Source: an uncultured Gemmatimonadaceae bacterium
GTDB taxonomy: Bacteria; Gemmatimonadota; Gemmatimonadetes; Gemmatimonadales; Gemmatimonadaceae
DNA length: 64,000 nucleotides
Direction of reading: 5' to 3'
Assembly (NCBI GenBank): GCA_963829055.1
Contig: CAWHHI010000011.1
Location: forward strand, 96,001 to 160,000
The notes beneath the pieces were generated by a model. The model saw only the letters and a program-made list of their open reading frames with translations, was not told the DNA's origin and ran no database searches. The number at the start of each line of letters is the position of its first letter. The stretch's first letter is position 1. The translations under genes were made by a program, and so were the position numbers. This document shows positions 1 to 11,717 of the stretch, in pieces.

Positions 1-245
1 CCGGGATTTGTTGGGAACGGCCGCTCGGGACGCAGGAGTCGACGGAACGGCCGTTCCCATTGTTCGATCAGGGTCCGGCGAGGGCCAGTGTCGGTGCAAA
101 GCCCGATCCGGCCGTTTTCCGTGTCATCCGCAAAATCGTAGTCCCCACCGACCGCGGCGCGGCGATGCGTGAATGCAAAGCAGTATCCGGTAGTTTCGCA
201 GTGCAGATCCGCCGAATCGTAGTTCCCACCGGCCCGGCGCGATGG
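1..245. repeat. MITE-like palindromic repeat family B, partial copy
   Basis: Contains GGGAACGGCCGCTCGGGACGC..CGGCCGTTCCC and TCATCCGCAAAATCGTAGT(C/T)CCCACCG; near-identical blocks at ~15140-15460 and ~24238-24470. Confidence 0.8.
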
Positions 246-256
246 CGCCGAGCGGG

Positions 257-880
257 CTAGGCGTCCGGGGTGGACGACTGCGGCGTCGTCGGTGTCTGCT
301 CCGAGAGCAGCGGCGGGCTCTGGCGACGACGGATGAGCACCACGAAGACCAGCACCACGCCGACGATCAGCAACCCGGCGATGACGTCCTCGTATCGGCG
401 GATGTGGCCGAGGACGAGCAAGGCTGTTTCGCCGAAGAGCCAGCCGACGAGCGCGAATAGCGTCGACCAGATGATCGACGCCAGCGCGGTACCGATGAGG
501 TAGACCGGCAACCGCATCCGGGCCGCGCCGCAGGCGATCGGCAGCACGATGCGAATCCCGAACGCGAAGCGAACCGCGAACGTGCTCCGCCAGGGGCTTC
601 GCCTAACGAAGACGAGCAGCCGGGTCACGTACCGGCCGACCTTCCGGAATCGATTCCGCACCCACTTGCTACGCCAACGGCCGAGTGCGTAGAGCGCGAC
701 GCCGGCGGCCCAGGTGCCAATGGAACAGGCGAGGACGACTCGCACGAACCCGAGATGCCCTTCGTGCGCCGCGAATCCGCCGACGATCGGGGCGGCCTCC
801 TCAGTGATGATCCCGGATGCGCCCAGGGTCACGTACGCCCAGGCTTCGGCGAGATGGCTGAGAAGGGTATGGGATTCCAC
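257..880 (-). CDS. DedA family membrane protein
   Basis: Hydrophobic 207 aa with DedA-like motifs (LYALGRW, RFAFGIRIVLPIACG). Confidence 0.85.
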   Translation of the reverse strand: MESHTLLSHLAEAWAYVTLGASGIITEEAAPIVGGFAAHEGHLGFVRVVLACSIGTWAAGVALYALGRWRSKWVRNRFRKVGRYVTRLLVFVRRSPWRSTFAVRFAFGIRIVLPIACGAARMRLPVYLIGTALASIIWSTLFALVGWLFGETALLVLGHIRRYEDVIAGLLIVGVVLVFVVLIRRRQSPPLLSEQTPTTPQSSTPDA

Positions 881-1042
881 GGCCTAGGAATCTACGTAGG
901 GCGGGAATGGGAGGGAACGGGACGGGCCTGTCGGAAGGCGGGAACGACGCCTCGGGATCGTCAGCTCTCGCTGTCGCAGACGGCCTCCCGAGGGTCCTCG
1001 TCCGCTCCTCCGCCTACCCGCTCCCCGCTCCCGCCTCAGACG

Positions 1043-4000
1043 TCAGTCACCGGCTTCCGGCGCCAGCGCCGGCACCGGGTACTCGGCCGTCTGCTGCTTC
1101 ACGCGCATACCGAAGCGACGGGCGAAGCTGGTACGCCACTCGTCGAGGATCTCGTAGAACGTCGGGATCGCGACCAGCGTCAGGAGCGTGGACGTGATCA
1201 CGCCGCCGATCACCGAGATGCCTAACGGCGACCGGAACTGCGCGCCCTCGCCCGTCCCGAGCGCGACCGGCAACATGCCGGCGATGAGCGCGACCGTCGT
1301 CATGAGGATCGGACGGAGCCGGATCGCGCCAGCTTCAATGAGCGCCTCGCGCAGACCGAGCCCCTGCTTCTCTCGCGCCCACTTCGCGAAGTCGATCAAC
1401 AGGATCGCGTTCTTCGCCACGATGCCCATGAGCAGGATCACGCCGATGAGACTCATGATGTTGATCGTGTTTCGCGTCAGCGCGAGACCGAGCATCACAC
1501 CGATGAGCGACAGCGGGAGCGACAACATGATCGCGAGCGGATCGAGGAACGACCCGAACTGCATCACGAGGATCAGGTACATCAGCCCAATGGCGACGCC
1601 GAGCGCGAGGAAAATCTGGCCGAACAGCTCGCCCTGTTGCTGGGCTTCGCCGCCCTTCTCCACGCGGACGCCGGGCGGCGGCTGGAGCGCCAGCATCCGA
1701 GCGAAGGCATCCGACGTGACCTCGCCCATGGACCTGCCGGATGTGTTGAACTCGACCGAGACGACCTTGTCGCGGTTCAGGTGGTTGATCACCGCCGGGC
1801 CTACGCCGGCGCTCACCGTCACGACCTGGCCTAACGGGGCCGTGGACGGCAAGCCGTTAGGTCCCTGGATCACGAGCGGGAGCTGACGCAAGTCGGAAGC
1901 GCGCTTCCGCGCCTCAGGCGCGAGACGCACGTACACGTCACGCATCTCGCCGCTCGGATCCTGCCAGTCGCCCGCGTCGATACCGGCGAATGCCGGGCGC
2001 AGCGCCTGCGCGACCTGACCGACCGTGACGCCGATGCTCCCGGCAACACCACGGTTGAGATCCACCGTGAGCTCGGGCTTCTGGCCCTTGGTGGACAACG
2101 AAACGTCCACTGCGCCCGGCACAGCCTCGACTGCCTTGAGCGCGCGCTCGGAGTACGCCGCCAAGTCCTCCGTATTGCTGCCGCGGACCTGCAGCTGCAC
2201 CTGCTTCCGTCCACCGCCCCAGTCGGTGGCGAACACGGCGACTTTCGCGCCGCCCACGGACTTGAGCTCGTTGCGAAGCTGCGCCGATAGCCCCTCGACG
2301 CTGAGATTCCGCTGGCCCTTCGACACGAGGCGCACATAGACCTTCGCGACGTCCACGGCGCCGGTCTGCCCGCCGCCAATGGTCGTGTACGCGTAGCGCA
2401 CTTCCTTGTGCGTCTGAATCTGCCGCACGACTTCGTTCGCCTTGATGCGCGTGTACTCGATATTCGAGCCCGGCGGCGACTCGATCGTCACGTTCAGCTC
2501 GGCCTGATCATCCTCGGGGAAGAAGCCGAAGCCGACCAGCGTGTTGTTGCCGATCTTGATCACGGGCATGAGCAGCGCGAACACGAACGTGCCGGCCGCA
2601 ATCGCGGAGACCGACCAGCGATGGTCGAGCGCCCAGGCGATCACGTGCTTGTAGTTCTGCGCCTGACGATTGAACCAGTGGTTGAACTTGTCGAGCGTGC
2701 GCGTGATCCACGACTTCCGATGTTCTTCGACGTGCGGGTCAGCCCAGTACGCGGAGAGCATCGGGTCGAGCGAGAACGACACGAACAGCGACACCATCAC
2801 CGAGCACGCCATCGTCAGCGCGAACGGTTTGAACCACTGACCACCGATACCCGGCATGAACGCCGATCGGCACGAACACCGCGATGATCGAGAACGTCGT
2901 CGCCGCGACGGCGAGTCCGATCTCGTCGGTACCCTCTCGCGCCGCCGTGTAGTGGTCTTTTCCCATCTCCACGTGTCGCACGATGTTCTCTCGAACCACG
3001 ATCGCGTCGTCGATCAGAATACCGATCGCGAGCGAGAGACCGAGAAGCGACATCGTGTTGAGCGTGAACCCGAACGACCACACGGCCACGAAGCTCGCGA
3101 GCACGGACACCGGAAGCGCGAGGCCCGTGATCACCGTCGAGCGCCACGAATTCAGGAACAGGAACACGACGAATACCGTGAGCAATGCGCCGAGCAACAG
3201 CGACTCCTCGACGTTCGCGACGGAATTCCTGACGCGCTCGCCGCGATTCTTGACGATGTCGATGGCCGTGCCCTTCGGCAGGCGCTTCTTGATCACGTCG
3301 AGTCGCGCGATCACCTGATCGGCGACCTGGGTGGTGCTGTAGCCTTTCGACTTCTTGATGTCGATGCCGACCGACTCGCGGTTGCTGTAGCCCGCGTCGG
3401 GTCCGGTGCGCGTGCTGAACAGCGCGAGCGAGCGCGCCTCCTCGGTCCCATCGAGAATGTCGGCCAACTGGCCGAGCCGGATGACTCTTCCGTTGCGTTC
3501 GGCGACGACGATCTGCATGAACTCTTCGGGGCGCTCGAGGCGTCCGCGGAGACGGATCGAGCGCTCGTCGAGATCGCCCGTGACACGTCCGACGGGCGCC
3601 GCGAGGTTCTGGAGCTGGAGCGCCGCGACGACCTGCGAGACGCCGATGCCCGCCGCCTGGAGCGCCTGCGGCTTGATCTGCACGGTGAGCTCGCGTTCGA
3701 CCTTGCCCGGCACCTCGACTTCGGCCACACCCGGAATGGAGCGGAACTCACGCGTTAGGCCCGGATCGGCGAGCCGCGTGAGCTCACCCGGCGTGAGCGT
3801 GTTCGACGACAGCGCCAACGACACGATCGGGAGATCCGTGTCGTTGAACTTCTTGATGATCGGCTCCTTCATCTCGGTCGGCAGATCCGCACGGATGCCG
3901 GAGATGGCGTCGCGAATGTCCTGCGTCGCCTCGGAGAGCGGCTTCTCGAAAAGGAATTCGACCATCACGGTGGCGAATCCGTCCTCGGCCGTGCCGGTGA

Positions 4001-4238
4001 CGGTTTTCACGCCGCTGATGGACGAGATGGCCTCCTCGACGGGATCGAGGATTTCCTTTTCCACACCGTCGGGCGACCCGCCGGGATACGGAATGCCGAC
4101 GGTGACGATCGGCGGTGCGACGTCGGGAAACTCGTCGGTCTGGAGCTTACCTAACGCGATCAGTCCGAAGACGACGAGCGCCAGCATCGACACCACGGTG
4201 ACGATGGGCCGCTTGATCGCAAAATCCGAGATGAACAT
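1043..4238 (-). CDS. RND efflux permease (AcrB/AcrD/AcrF family), frameshift near 2865
   Basis: MFISDFAIKRP start, GILIDDAIVVRENI, GIVAKNAILLIDF, RLRPILMTT; ORFs 2739-4238 and 1043-2857 join at VFVPIG|FMPG. Confidence 0.93.
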
Positions 4239-4256
4239 ATCGTACTCTCCAATATG

Positions 4257-4446
4257 TAGCTATCAGCTATCAGCTATCAGCCATCAGCCATCAGCGTGCC
4301 CGCGTCATCCCGAGCGGCAGCGAGGGATCTTCCCGAACATCATTGTGGTCAGGTCCGCTCCAATGACATCACACGAGATCCCTCGCTGCGCTCGGGATGA
4401 CACCGCCCTCCGCCTTCGCCTCCGGCCCTCCGCCCTCCGCCCTCCG
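4257..4446. repeat. Composite intergenic repeat: (CTATCAG/CCATCAG)n heptamers, family A REP-like palindrome, (CCCTCCG)n
   Basis: GTCATCCCGAGCGGCAGCGAGGGATCT...AGATCCCTCGCTGCGCTCGGGATGAC at ~4304-4401, flanked by heptamer tandem repeats. Confidence 0.85.
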
Positions 4447-4447
4447 C

Positions 4448-5593
4448 TCAGCTTTTCGACGCCGGCGTATCCGACGGCGTGCTCACGCGAACCGGTGTGC
4501 CCGGCGAGATGCCGCGCGCCGCGCCCGTGAGCAGCGTGTCGCCCGGTGTCAGCCCGCTCTTGATCTCCACTCGCTCCGAGTCCTCGTCGCGCAGGCCGAG
4601 CTCGACTTCCACGCGCTCGACCTTGCCGCCCTTGAGCCGGATCACGAACGGCTTGACGCCCGTCACGTCCACTGCCCCCGTCGGCGCGACGAGCGCGTTC
4701 CGCCGCTCGCTCGCGACGCGCCCCTCGGCGAACAGGCCGCCGACGAGGTTGTTGCCGCTGTTCGGAATCGCCACCACCACGCGCACCTGACCAGTGCTCG
4801 GGTCAGCCGTCGGGTTGATGCGCGTGATCTTGCCCGTGAACGTGCGATCGGGATACCCGCTCACGCTGAACGAGACCGGCGAGTTGATCTTGACCGCGGA
4901 TAGCTGCGCCGCGGGCACCGACGCCTCGAGACGCATCGTGGTCGGATCGACGACGGTGAACATCTCGCCACCTGGTTGCACCACGTCGCCAGCCGAGACG
5001 TTCCGCTTCGCAACGATGCCGGCGAATGGCGCCCGCACGTGCGCGTCGGCGAGCTGCTTCTCCTGCAACGTTAGGCGGGCTTTCGCGTCGGCCAGCTGCG
5101 ACTGCGCAGCGTCGTTCTGCGTGCGCGCGGCGTCCAGGTCGCGGTCGGCGATGGCGCCGGCCGTCGACAATCGCTGGTTGCGCTCGAGGTTCCTCGCCGA
5201 CACGTCGGCCGCACTCTGCGCCGACGTCACCGCCGATCGCGCCGAGAGATACTGATCGCGAATCGTACGGTCATCGATGCGCGCGACGAGCGTGCCCGTC
5301 GCGACGCGCTCGCCTTCGTCGACGGCCGTCTGCAGCACCGTACCGCCGATCTGCGCGCGGACGGTCGCCTCCTGCGCCGCCTGCAGGTTGCCGGAGATGG
5401 CCGGCCCGCTGGCGAGATCGGCGAGCGCGACGACGACAATGTTCTCGGTCCCGACCGTCGTCGGGGCTGGCGCGGCTTCGGCCTTGGCGTCGCCGGCATT
5501 GCCGCTCTTGCAGCCAACGGACGACACCGTCAGCGCGAACGCGACGGCGAGCGAGGCGGCGCGAGCACCGCGGCGAGTGATATCTGCTTGCAT
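4448..5593 (-). CDS. RND efflux periplasmic adaptor (membrane fusion protein)
   Basis: Lipoprotein-like N-terminus, VRAPFAGIV lipoyl-like motif, RINPTADPST; lies between the TolC and RND genes. Confidence 0.92.
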   Translation of the reverse strand: MQADITRRGARAASLAVAFALTVSSVGCKSGNAGDAKAEAAPAPTTVGTENIVVVALADLASGPAISGNLQAAQEATVRAQIGGTVLQTAVDEGERVATGTLVARIDDRTIRDQYLSARSAVTSAQSAADVSARNLERNQRLSTAGAIADRDLDAARTQNDAAQSQLADAKARLTLQEKQLADAHVRAPFAGIVAKRNVSAGDVVQPGGEMFTVVDPTTMRLEASVPAAQLSAVKINSPVSFSVSGYPDRTFTGKITRINPTADPSTGQVRVVVAIPNSGNNLVGGLFAEGRVASERRNALVAPTGAVDVTGVKPFVIRLKGGKVERVEVELGLRDEDSERVEIKSGLTPGDTLLTGAARGISPGTPVRVSTPSDTPASKS

Positions 5594-5607
5594 TGGAGTC
5601 GTACTCC

Positions 5608-7365
5608 CTACTGTCCGGGTGCGGAAACGCTGGCGGACTGTCCCGCCCGCGGCTGTTGCTGTGGTTGCTGCTGTTGCTGCGTGCCACCGGCACCCCTCGC
5701 GCCGGCCGGCGTATTCGTGCTGCCGCCGATGTTCGAGCCGCCAGTGGTCGGGCCGCCAGATCCAAGCGGGAGGTCCTTCAACAGCGTTAGGCGAAGGCGC
5801 GCGACCTGGAAGTCGCGCGCGGCCTGCGCCCGGTTGGCCCGCGCCTGCTGCAGCAGCACGCGCGACTCCGTGAGCTCGAGCTGCGTCGATAGCCCCTCAC
5901 GGTAGCGAACCTCGGCAATGGTGTACGCGCGCGTCGCCTGCTGTGCCGTGCCCGAGCTTGCCGCCAGCGTTGCCGCGGCCTGCTCGAGCTGTGCGACGCT
6001 CTGCCGCGCGTCCAGCGCCGCGAACTCACGCGTCTGCTGGAGTCGCGCCCGCGCCTCGGTCACGTTCGCCCCCGCGACCTTGTTCTCGCCGCGAATGCGC
6101 CCACCAGTGAAGATCGGCATCGTGGCACCAAGCGTCACGGACCAGTTGTTCACCCACGAGCTCCAGGCGGGAATGGTCTGGCTCGGAAACGCGACGTGCG
6201 CGTATGACGACGACAACGACACGTTCGGCAGATACTCCGACCTGGTGATCCGGCGCTGCGCCCGCTCCACGTTCACGGCTTCGGTCAGCTGCCTAACGGT
6301 GGACCGCGCATCGGCGCTCGTGTCGGCCTGCTGCACGAGTGAATCCGTGAGCGCCACGACCATGGCCGCGGCATTGGCGGCGGTGTTCGTGTTCGCGGCG
6401 GAGGTGGCCAGACCAGGCGTGTCCATCTCGTCGTTGATCCCATCCGTGAGCGTGAGCGAATCGCTGTACGGCAAGTTCAGCAGCTGTTTGAGGCGCAGGT
6501 AGCTGAGCTCACGCGTCGTCTTCGCCTGCAGCGCGGCCGGCACCTGATTGTCTCGAGTGACGCGCGCCCGCAGCAGCTCGAATTCGGATTGGTTGCCGAC
6601 CTGACGGGCGAGCGACGTCTGGCGGAGCGCCTCCTCAGTCTGCACGAGAGACGAGTCGGCGATCCCGACCAATCGATCGGCGAGCGCCGCGTCGTAATAC
6701 GCCTGTGCCACGTCGAGGCGCAGTTGCGCACGCTGCGCGGCGACCTCGATGTCCGCCGAGCGACGACCGGCCGTCGCGGCCGCGTTCTGTGCGGAGAGAC
6801 GGCCACCGGTGAACAGGTTCAGCGAGCCGGTGAGCCCGAGCTGATATTGATTCTGCGATCCAAATCCGACTTTTGAGAAGTCGATGCCGCCGGTGGTCGA
6901 GCAGCGCGAAAACGTTTCCACTCCCGTGAGCCGGTCGGCCTCCGATGAGCCTTCCGGCGCGAGGTAGCGCGTGCACGGCTGGAAATACCTGGTGGTATCT
7001 GGCGGAGGAGCCCCAGGGACTTCAGGCCCCGGCGCAGTCACCGCCTGCTGCAACGCCGAGAACTGGCTCCTGAGCGTACGCGTGTACTGCGCCGATCCAC
7101 TGATCTGGGGCAGATACTGGCTGCGCGCCTGCATCTGTTGGCCGTTGGCGCGCTCGACACCAGCGCGCGCGATCTGCAGACTCTCGCTCTCACGCTCGGC
7201 GAGGCGCATCGCGTCGTCGAGCGAGAGCGCGCGCGGAGTGCCGGCCGCTGGTCGCGCCGGCGTTGACTGCTGTGCTCGAAGCGTTCCGAGCGACGAAGCG
7301 AGGATCGGCGAAGCGAGCATTGCGGCCGCGGCAACAGCGGCGCGCAGGGATATGCGGAAAACCAT
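5608..7365 (-). CDS. TolC family outer membrane efflux protein
   Basis: Signal peptide from MVFRISL, LSLDDAM motif, YREGLSTQLEL, two OEP-like repeats; operon context. Confidence 0.9.
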   Translation of the reverse strand: MVFRISLRAAVAAAAMLASPILASSLGTLRAQQSTPARPAAGTPRALSLDDAMRLAERESESLQIARAGVERANGQQMQARSQYLPQISGSAQYTRTLRSQFSALQQAVTAPGPEVPGAPPPDTTRYFQPCTRYLAPEGSSEADRLTGVETFSRCSTTGGIDFSKVGFGSQNQYQLGLTGSLNLFTGGRLSAQNAAATAGRRSADIEVAAQRAQLRLDVAQAYYDAALADRLVGIADSSLVQTEEALRQTSLARQVGNQSEFELLRARVTRDNQVPAALQAKTTRELSYLRLKQLLNLPYSDSLTLTDGINDEMDTPGLATSAANTNTAANAAAMVVALTDSLVQQADTSADARSTVRQLTEAVNVERAQRRITRSEYLPNVSLSSSYAHVAFPSQTIPAWSSWVNNWSVTLGATMPIFTGGRIRGENKVAGANVTEARARLQQTREFAALDARQSVAQLEQAAATLAASSGTAQQATRAYTIAEVRYREGLSTQLELTESRVLLQQARANRAQAARDFQVARLRLTLLKDLPLGSGGPTTGGSNIGGSTNTPAGARGAGGTQQQQQPQQQPRAGQSASVSAPGQ

Positions 7366-7391
7366 GGACGTGTTCCGAACTGAAGAGTGAA

Positions 7392-8036
7392 TCAGCGACG
7401 CGCCGACGTGCCGCGCGGTCGTTGTCTCGAGTGCGCCGCACGGGCGGGGCTGCGTCGTCGCGGAGCGTCGCATCCGACGGCACGGAGGAAAATCCTGGCG
7501 TACAATGCCGCGGCGTCCGACTCCGGCTGTGGGTAGAGCGCGGGCATCATCTCGCGTCCCATGGCGTCGGCGAAGAGCGCGCTGATGAGCATCGTCGCGG
7601 CGGTATGCACTTCGCGCTCGGTGATGGAGCCGACGACGCGATCGAGCCGGCCCGCGTATTCGAGGAGCTCGTGGAACGCGGACTGCGTGCCTTCCGACAT
7701 GCAGGGCGCCATCTCGGGATGCTCTTCGATTTCTCCCATCGCTTTGCGGATCATCGAGCGAGCGCCGCGGAGATGCGTCAGCTGCGCGTCGCACCACGCC
7801 GAGAGCTCACGTTCGGGATCGACGGGCTCGTCAGGCAGCCCGTGCGGATCCGTTCCACGAGGTGCGTGCTCACGGATCGCCTCGGCGATGAGGGCGGACT
7901 TGGAGCCGAAGAGGCGGAAGAGGGTCACTTCGTTGACCCCGGCCTCGTCGGCGATGCGGCGGGTGGTAGCGCCGCGGAAGCCGGACTCGCCGTAGATGCG
8001 TGCGGCGGCGGCGAGGAGTTTCTGTCTGCTGGCCAT
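7392..8036 (-). CDS. TetR/AcrR family regulator
   Basis: N-terminal HTH GFRGATTRRIADEAGVNEVTLFRLFGSK; first gene of the efflux operon. Confidence 0.9.
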   Translation of the reverse strand: MASRQKLLAAAARIYGESGFRGATTRRIADEAGVNEVTLFRLFGSKSALIAEAIREHAPRGTDPHGLPDEPVDPERELSAWCDAQLTHLRGARSMIRKAMGEIEEHPEMAPCMSEGTQSAFHELLEYAGRLDRVVGSITEREVHTAATMLISALFADAMGREMMPALYPQPESDAAALYARIFLRAVGCDAPRRRSPARAAHSRQRPRGTSARR

Positions 8037-8071
8037 AAGGACCGGAAAATTTAGACGGGCACTTTCGTGAA

Positions 8072-8089
8072 TGCAAGTGATTACTTGCA
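8072..8089. promoter_or_regulatory. Candidate TetR operator palindrome TGCAAGT-GATT-ACTTGCA
   Basis: Perfect 7-bp arms in an AT-rich stretch 36 nt upstream of the TetR start. Confidence 0.6.
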
Positions 8090-8270
8090 CTGGCGAGCGG
8101 AAGGCGGAAGGAGGCGGTCGGCGGACGGCGGGGATACGCGTTGGGTGCGACTGACGGGCTCACTCTGGGATGCGGATTCGCATTTGCCCTTATTGCGCCA
8201 TCCGCCGTCCGCCTTCCGGCGGCCGCTTTTCCATTCCATGTTCGGGGCGGCTGTAGACAGGAGTAGTACG

Positions 8271-9131
8271 ATGAACCCACTCGCCGATCGGATTCAGAGC
8301 GCGCTCAGCGAGCGATACGTCATCGAGCGCGAGCTCGGCCACGGTGGCATGGCGGTCGTCTTTCTCGCGCGCGATGTGCGGCATGAGCGGCCAGTCGCCA
8401 TCAAGGTGTTCCGGTCGGACATCGGCGACGCCATGGGTGCGGAACGATTTCGCCGAGAGATCCGGCTGCTCGCGCGGCTGCAACATCCGCACATCCTTCC
8501 GCTGTACGACTCCGGCACCACCGGCGAGACGAGCTTCTTCGTCAGCCCATTCGTCGATGGCGAGACGCTCCGCGAGCGGCTACGTCGCGTCGGGCAATTG
8601 ACGGTCGATGAGGCGGTGCGCATCGCGATCGAGGTCGCCGACGCGCTCGACTATGCGCATGCCCACGAGGTCGTGCATCGCGATATCAAGCCAGCGAACA
8701 TCCTGCTGCGAGATGGGCACGCGGTCGTCGCGGATTTCGGGATCGCGCGGGCCATGCGCCGGACGGTCGGCGAGTGGACCACCGCCGCGGGCATGAGTGT
8801 CGGCAGTCCCGCGTACATGAGCCCCGAGCAGGCGAGCGGCGACGGCGAGATCGACGGGCGCGCGGACATCTATAGTCTCGCCTGCGTGCTGTTCGAGATG
8901 CTCGCGGGACAGCCGCCGTTCACCGGGCGATCCGCGCACATGATCATCGTCGCTCGCCTGTCCGGCGTCGCCAGACCCGTACGCGAACTGCGCCCCACAG
9001 TGCCTGTGTCGCTCGACGCCGCGATCGCCAAGGCACTCGAACGCTTTCCGGTCAATCGCTTCGCGACCGCCGGCGACTTCCGCGCCGAGCTGGCGATGTC
9101 CCTTCAGCCATCGATAGCAACGGGGCGCTGA
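8271..9131 (+). CDS. Ser/Thr protein kinase (Hanks type, kinase domain only)
   Basis: GHGGMAVV, VAIK, HRDIKPANI, DFG, SPEQ; AGGAG RBS upstream. Confidence 0.93.
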   Translation: MNPLADRIQSALSERYVIERELGHGGMAVVFLARDVRHERPVAIKVFRSDIGDAMGAERFRREIRLLARLQHPHILPLYDSGTTGETSFFVSPFVDGETLRERLRRVGQLTVDEAVRIAIEVADALDYAHAHEVVHRDIKPANILLRDGHAVVADFGIARAMRRTVGEWTTAAGMSVGSPAYMSPEQASGDGEIDGRADIYSLACVLFEMLAGQPPFTGRSAHMIIVARLSGVARPVRELRPTVPVSLDAAIAKALERFPVNRFATAGDFRAELAMSLQPSIATGR

Positions 9132-9389
9132 TCGACGGGTTCCGACGCGTCAGTGACGTCCGTCACGTTACGCGGGCGCGGCACTGCTCGCTGTCGCGGC
9201 GCGTCGACAGAGCCCAGTCGCCTGTAGTCCACAGCCAACACCGAGCGATCGGTGTGACACGCCTGGCCTACGACTCAACCCGTTGATCGACATCGCGTTA
9301 GGTCCCGTGCCACCGCTGGCACCGGACCTGCCCTCCGTCACGGCGCAGACACGAACTCTCACACGCCAGACACACGCGAGACGGTGATC

Positions 9390-9809
9390 ATGAGACGCTT
9401 CAACCGGCGGGGCTTCACGTTCATTGAACTGCTCATGGTCATGGTGGTCATGGGCGTGCTTGCAGGCATTGGCGTTCCGCGGATTCGGTCGATGAAGGAG
9501 CGCTCGTACCAGGCGACGCTTCGCAGCGACCTTGGCGCGCTCCGCACGGCGCAGGAGGCGTACTACGCCGAGAACCTGCGGTACGCGACGGATATCTCGC
9601 AGCTCGAGTTCCGGTTGTCGACGAACGTGTCCATCGACGTCGAATCGACGGACCCGCTCAAGGGGTGGAGAGCGTCGGCGCGGCATGTGTGGCTCGCGAC
9701 GCCGTGCACGACGGCGGCTGGCCCGGATGCGCTGGGGGTCGAGGCCGGCGCGATCGTCTGCTCGAACATCGCGGCACCATCGTCGGGAGCGATGCAGGCT
9801 GGGAACTAG
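9390..9809 (+). CDS. Type IV pilin-like prepilin
   Basis: [17 protein letters not shown] class III signal; C-terminal Cys pair. Confidence 0.88.
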   Translation: MRRFNRRGFTFIELLMVMVVMGVLAGIGVPRIRSMKERSYQATLRSDLGALRTAQEAYYAENLRYATDISQLEFRLSTNVSIDVESTDPLKGWRASARHVWLATPCTTAAGPDALGVEAGAIVCSNIAAPSSGAMQAGN

Positions 9810-10105
9810 GGGACTGGGGACTCGGGACTGGGAACTACCGGCTCTCTGAGAGAGTAGAGCAGTTGCAGGTGTTGGGATCGGAAATTCGCCTGAGGGGGCC
9901 TACTACGATCCATACACGCCGCGGGGCGCAAGCTCCGCGGCGTGTATCGCATCCATACGCGGTGACCGAATACTCTGGTCACGCCTCCAGCGGCGACCAG
10001 CGACCAGCACGAGCGACGAGCGACACAGCTGCAGTTGTTGTTCGCCTCCCTACCGCGGGCCACGTGCGGCGACATATGCTGCGATGTGAACCAGCGACAC
10101 GGCGC

Positions 10106-11488
10106 ATGAGCGACTCGACGGTGAAGGAACGAGAGCGGGCGGCGATACGCGGAGCGACGCCACCAGGCCCGCGACGCAGAGTTCCCGCGCTCAACGCGCT
10201 GCGCATGGGCCGCTCCCCGCTCACGTTCCTCACGGAGCTCCGCGACCGCTACGGCGACATCGCGCGCGTCCCGTTAGGCTCCGAGACGCTCTACCTGTTC
10301 AGCCATCCGGACCTCGTGCGCGATGTGCTCGTCACGAATCACCGGAACTTCCACAAGGGGCGCGGCCTCGAACGGGCGAAGATATTGTTAGGCGAGGGGC
10401 TGCTCACGAGTGAAGGCGACTTCCACCTGCGACAGCGACGGCTCGCCCAGCCCGCGTTTCATCGCCAGCGCGTCGCGGCCTACGGAACGACGATGGCGAC
10501 GTACGCGGCCTCGCGACGTGACCGGTGGCAATCGGGAGCAACGATCGACGCGCATCAGGAGATGATGGCATTGACGCTCGCCATCGTCGGCAAGACGCTG
10601 TTCGACGCCGACGTCGAGCACGAAGCGGCGGAGATCGGGGCCGCGCTGGCGACGACGTTCGAGTCGTTCAGCTTCGGATTTTTCCTGCCGTTTGGCGAGC
10701 TGCTCGAGCGCTTGCCACTGCCGGCGACGCTGCGCTTTCGCAAGGCGAGAGCGCGCCTCGACGCGACGATCTACCGGCTCATCGAGGAGCGGCGTCGCAC
10801 TGGCGGCGATCGCGGCGACCTGTTGTCGATGCTGCTGCTGGCGCAGGACACGGAAGGCGACGGCGGCGGGATGACGGATCTCCAGCTCCGCGACGAGGCG
10901 ATGACGATCTTCCTCGCCGGCCATGAGACGACGGCGAATGCGCTGACGTGGACGTGGTACCTGCTCTCGCAGCACCCCGCCGTCGAGGCACGCCTGCACG
11001 CCGAGATCGATTCGGCGTTAGGCGGGCGGTTGCCGACGGCGGACGACCTCGCGCTGCTGCCGTACACGCGGATGGTGCTGGCCGAGTCGATGCGACTCTA
11101 TCCGCCAGCGTGGCTCGTGGGGCGGCGGGCGCTCGGCCCATTCGAATCGAACGGGTACACGATTCCCGGCCGCTCGATCATCCTGGTCTCGCAGTACGTG
11201 ATGCACCGCGACGCGCGCTGGTTCCCGGACCCGGAGCGGTTCGACCCGGAGCGCTTCACCCCCGAGCGTCAGGCGGAGCGGCCGAAGTTCGCGTACTTCC
11301 CGTTCGGCGGCGGGCCGCGGGTCTGCATCGGCGAGCAGTTCGCGTGGATGGAGGGGATCATCGCCCTTGCTACGATCGCTCAGCGCTGGAAGCTGCGGCT
11401 CGTGCCGGGGCATCCCGTCGCGCTGCAGCCGATCGTCACGCTCAGGCCGAAGCACGGGATACGCATGACCGTCGAGGCGAGGCGTTGA
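10106..11488 (+). CDS. Cytochrome P450
   Basis: AGHETT, ESMR (ExxR), [16 protein letters not shown] heme-thiolate motif. Confidence 0.96.
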   Translation: MSDSTVKERERAAIRGATPPGPRRRVPALNALRMGRSPLTFLTELRDRYGDIARVPLGSETLYLFSHPDLVRDVLVTNHRNFHKGRGLERAKILLGEGLLTSEGDFHLRQRRLAQPAFHRQRVAAYGTTMATYAASRRDRWQSGATIDAHQEMMALTLAIVGKTLFDADVEHEAAEIGAALATTFESFSFGFFLPFGELLERLPLPATLRFRKARARLDATIYRLIEERRRTGGDRGDLLSMLLLAQDTEGDGGGMTDLQLRDEAMTIFLAGHETTANALTWTWYLLSQHPAVEARLHAEIDSALGGRLPTADDLALLPYTRMVLAESMRLYPPAWLVGRRALGPFESNGYTIPGRSIILVSQYVMHRDARWFPDPERFDPERFTPERQAERPKFAYFPFGGGPRVCIGEQFAWMEGIIALATIAQRWKLRLVPGHPVALQPIVTLRPKHGIRMTVEARR

Positions 11489-11545
11489 ATTCTGCCGCCA
11501 ATCGTTAGGCCGGCACTAACGCGGCGGCATGGCCAGTACCAAGTG

Positions 11546-11677
11546 CGTCAGCGACTGATCAGCAGCAGGTGTCAGGCATCAGGTCCCGTATCCGCCGGCT
11601 TGGGGCGCGCGTGCGCGGTGGACTCCCGACTGGGCTCGGAGACTGATGCCTGACACCTCGTACTCAACGCTGACGTG
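11546..11677. repeat. Intergenic inverted repeat between convergent genes
   Basis: GTGTCAGGCATCAG / CTGATGCCTGACAC arms, nested in CGTCAGCG / CGCTGACG. Confidence 0.6.
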
Positions 11678-11717
11678 CTGAGTGACTGGCCAGGACGCCG
11701 AGATGATGCCAACTCCG

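Noticed and set aside
5608..7797. 729-aa TolC with a long N-terminal extension
   Set aside because: The extension overlaps the TetR gene; the signal peptide begins at ATG 7365
9810..11488. P450-modified RiPP (biarylitide-like) cluster
   Set aside because: No short aromatic precursor ORF found near the P450; the adjacent pilin looks unrelated
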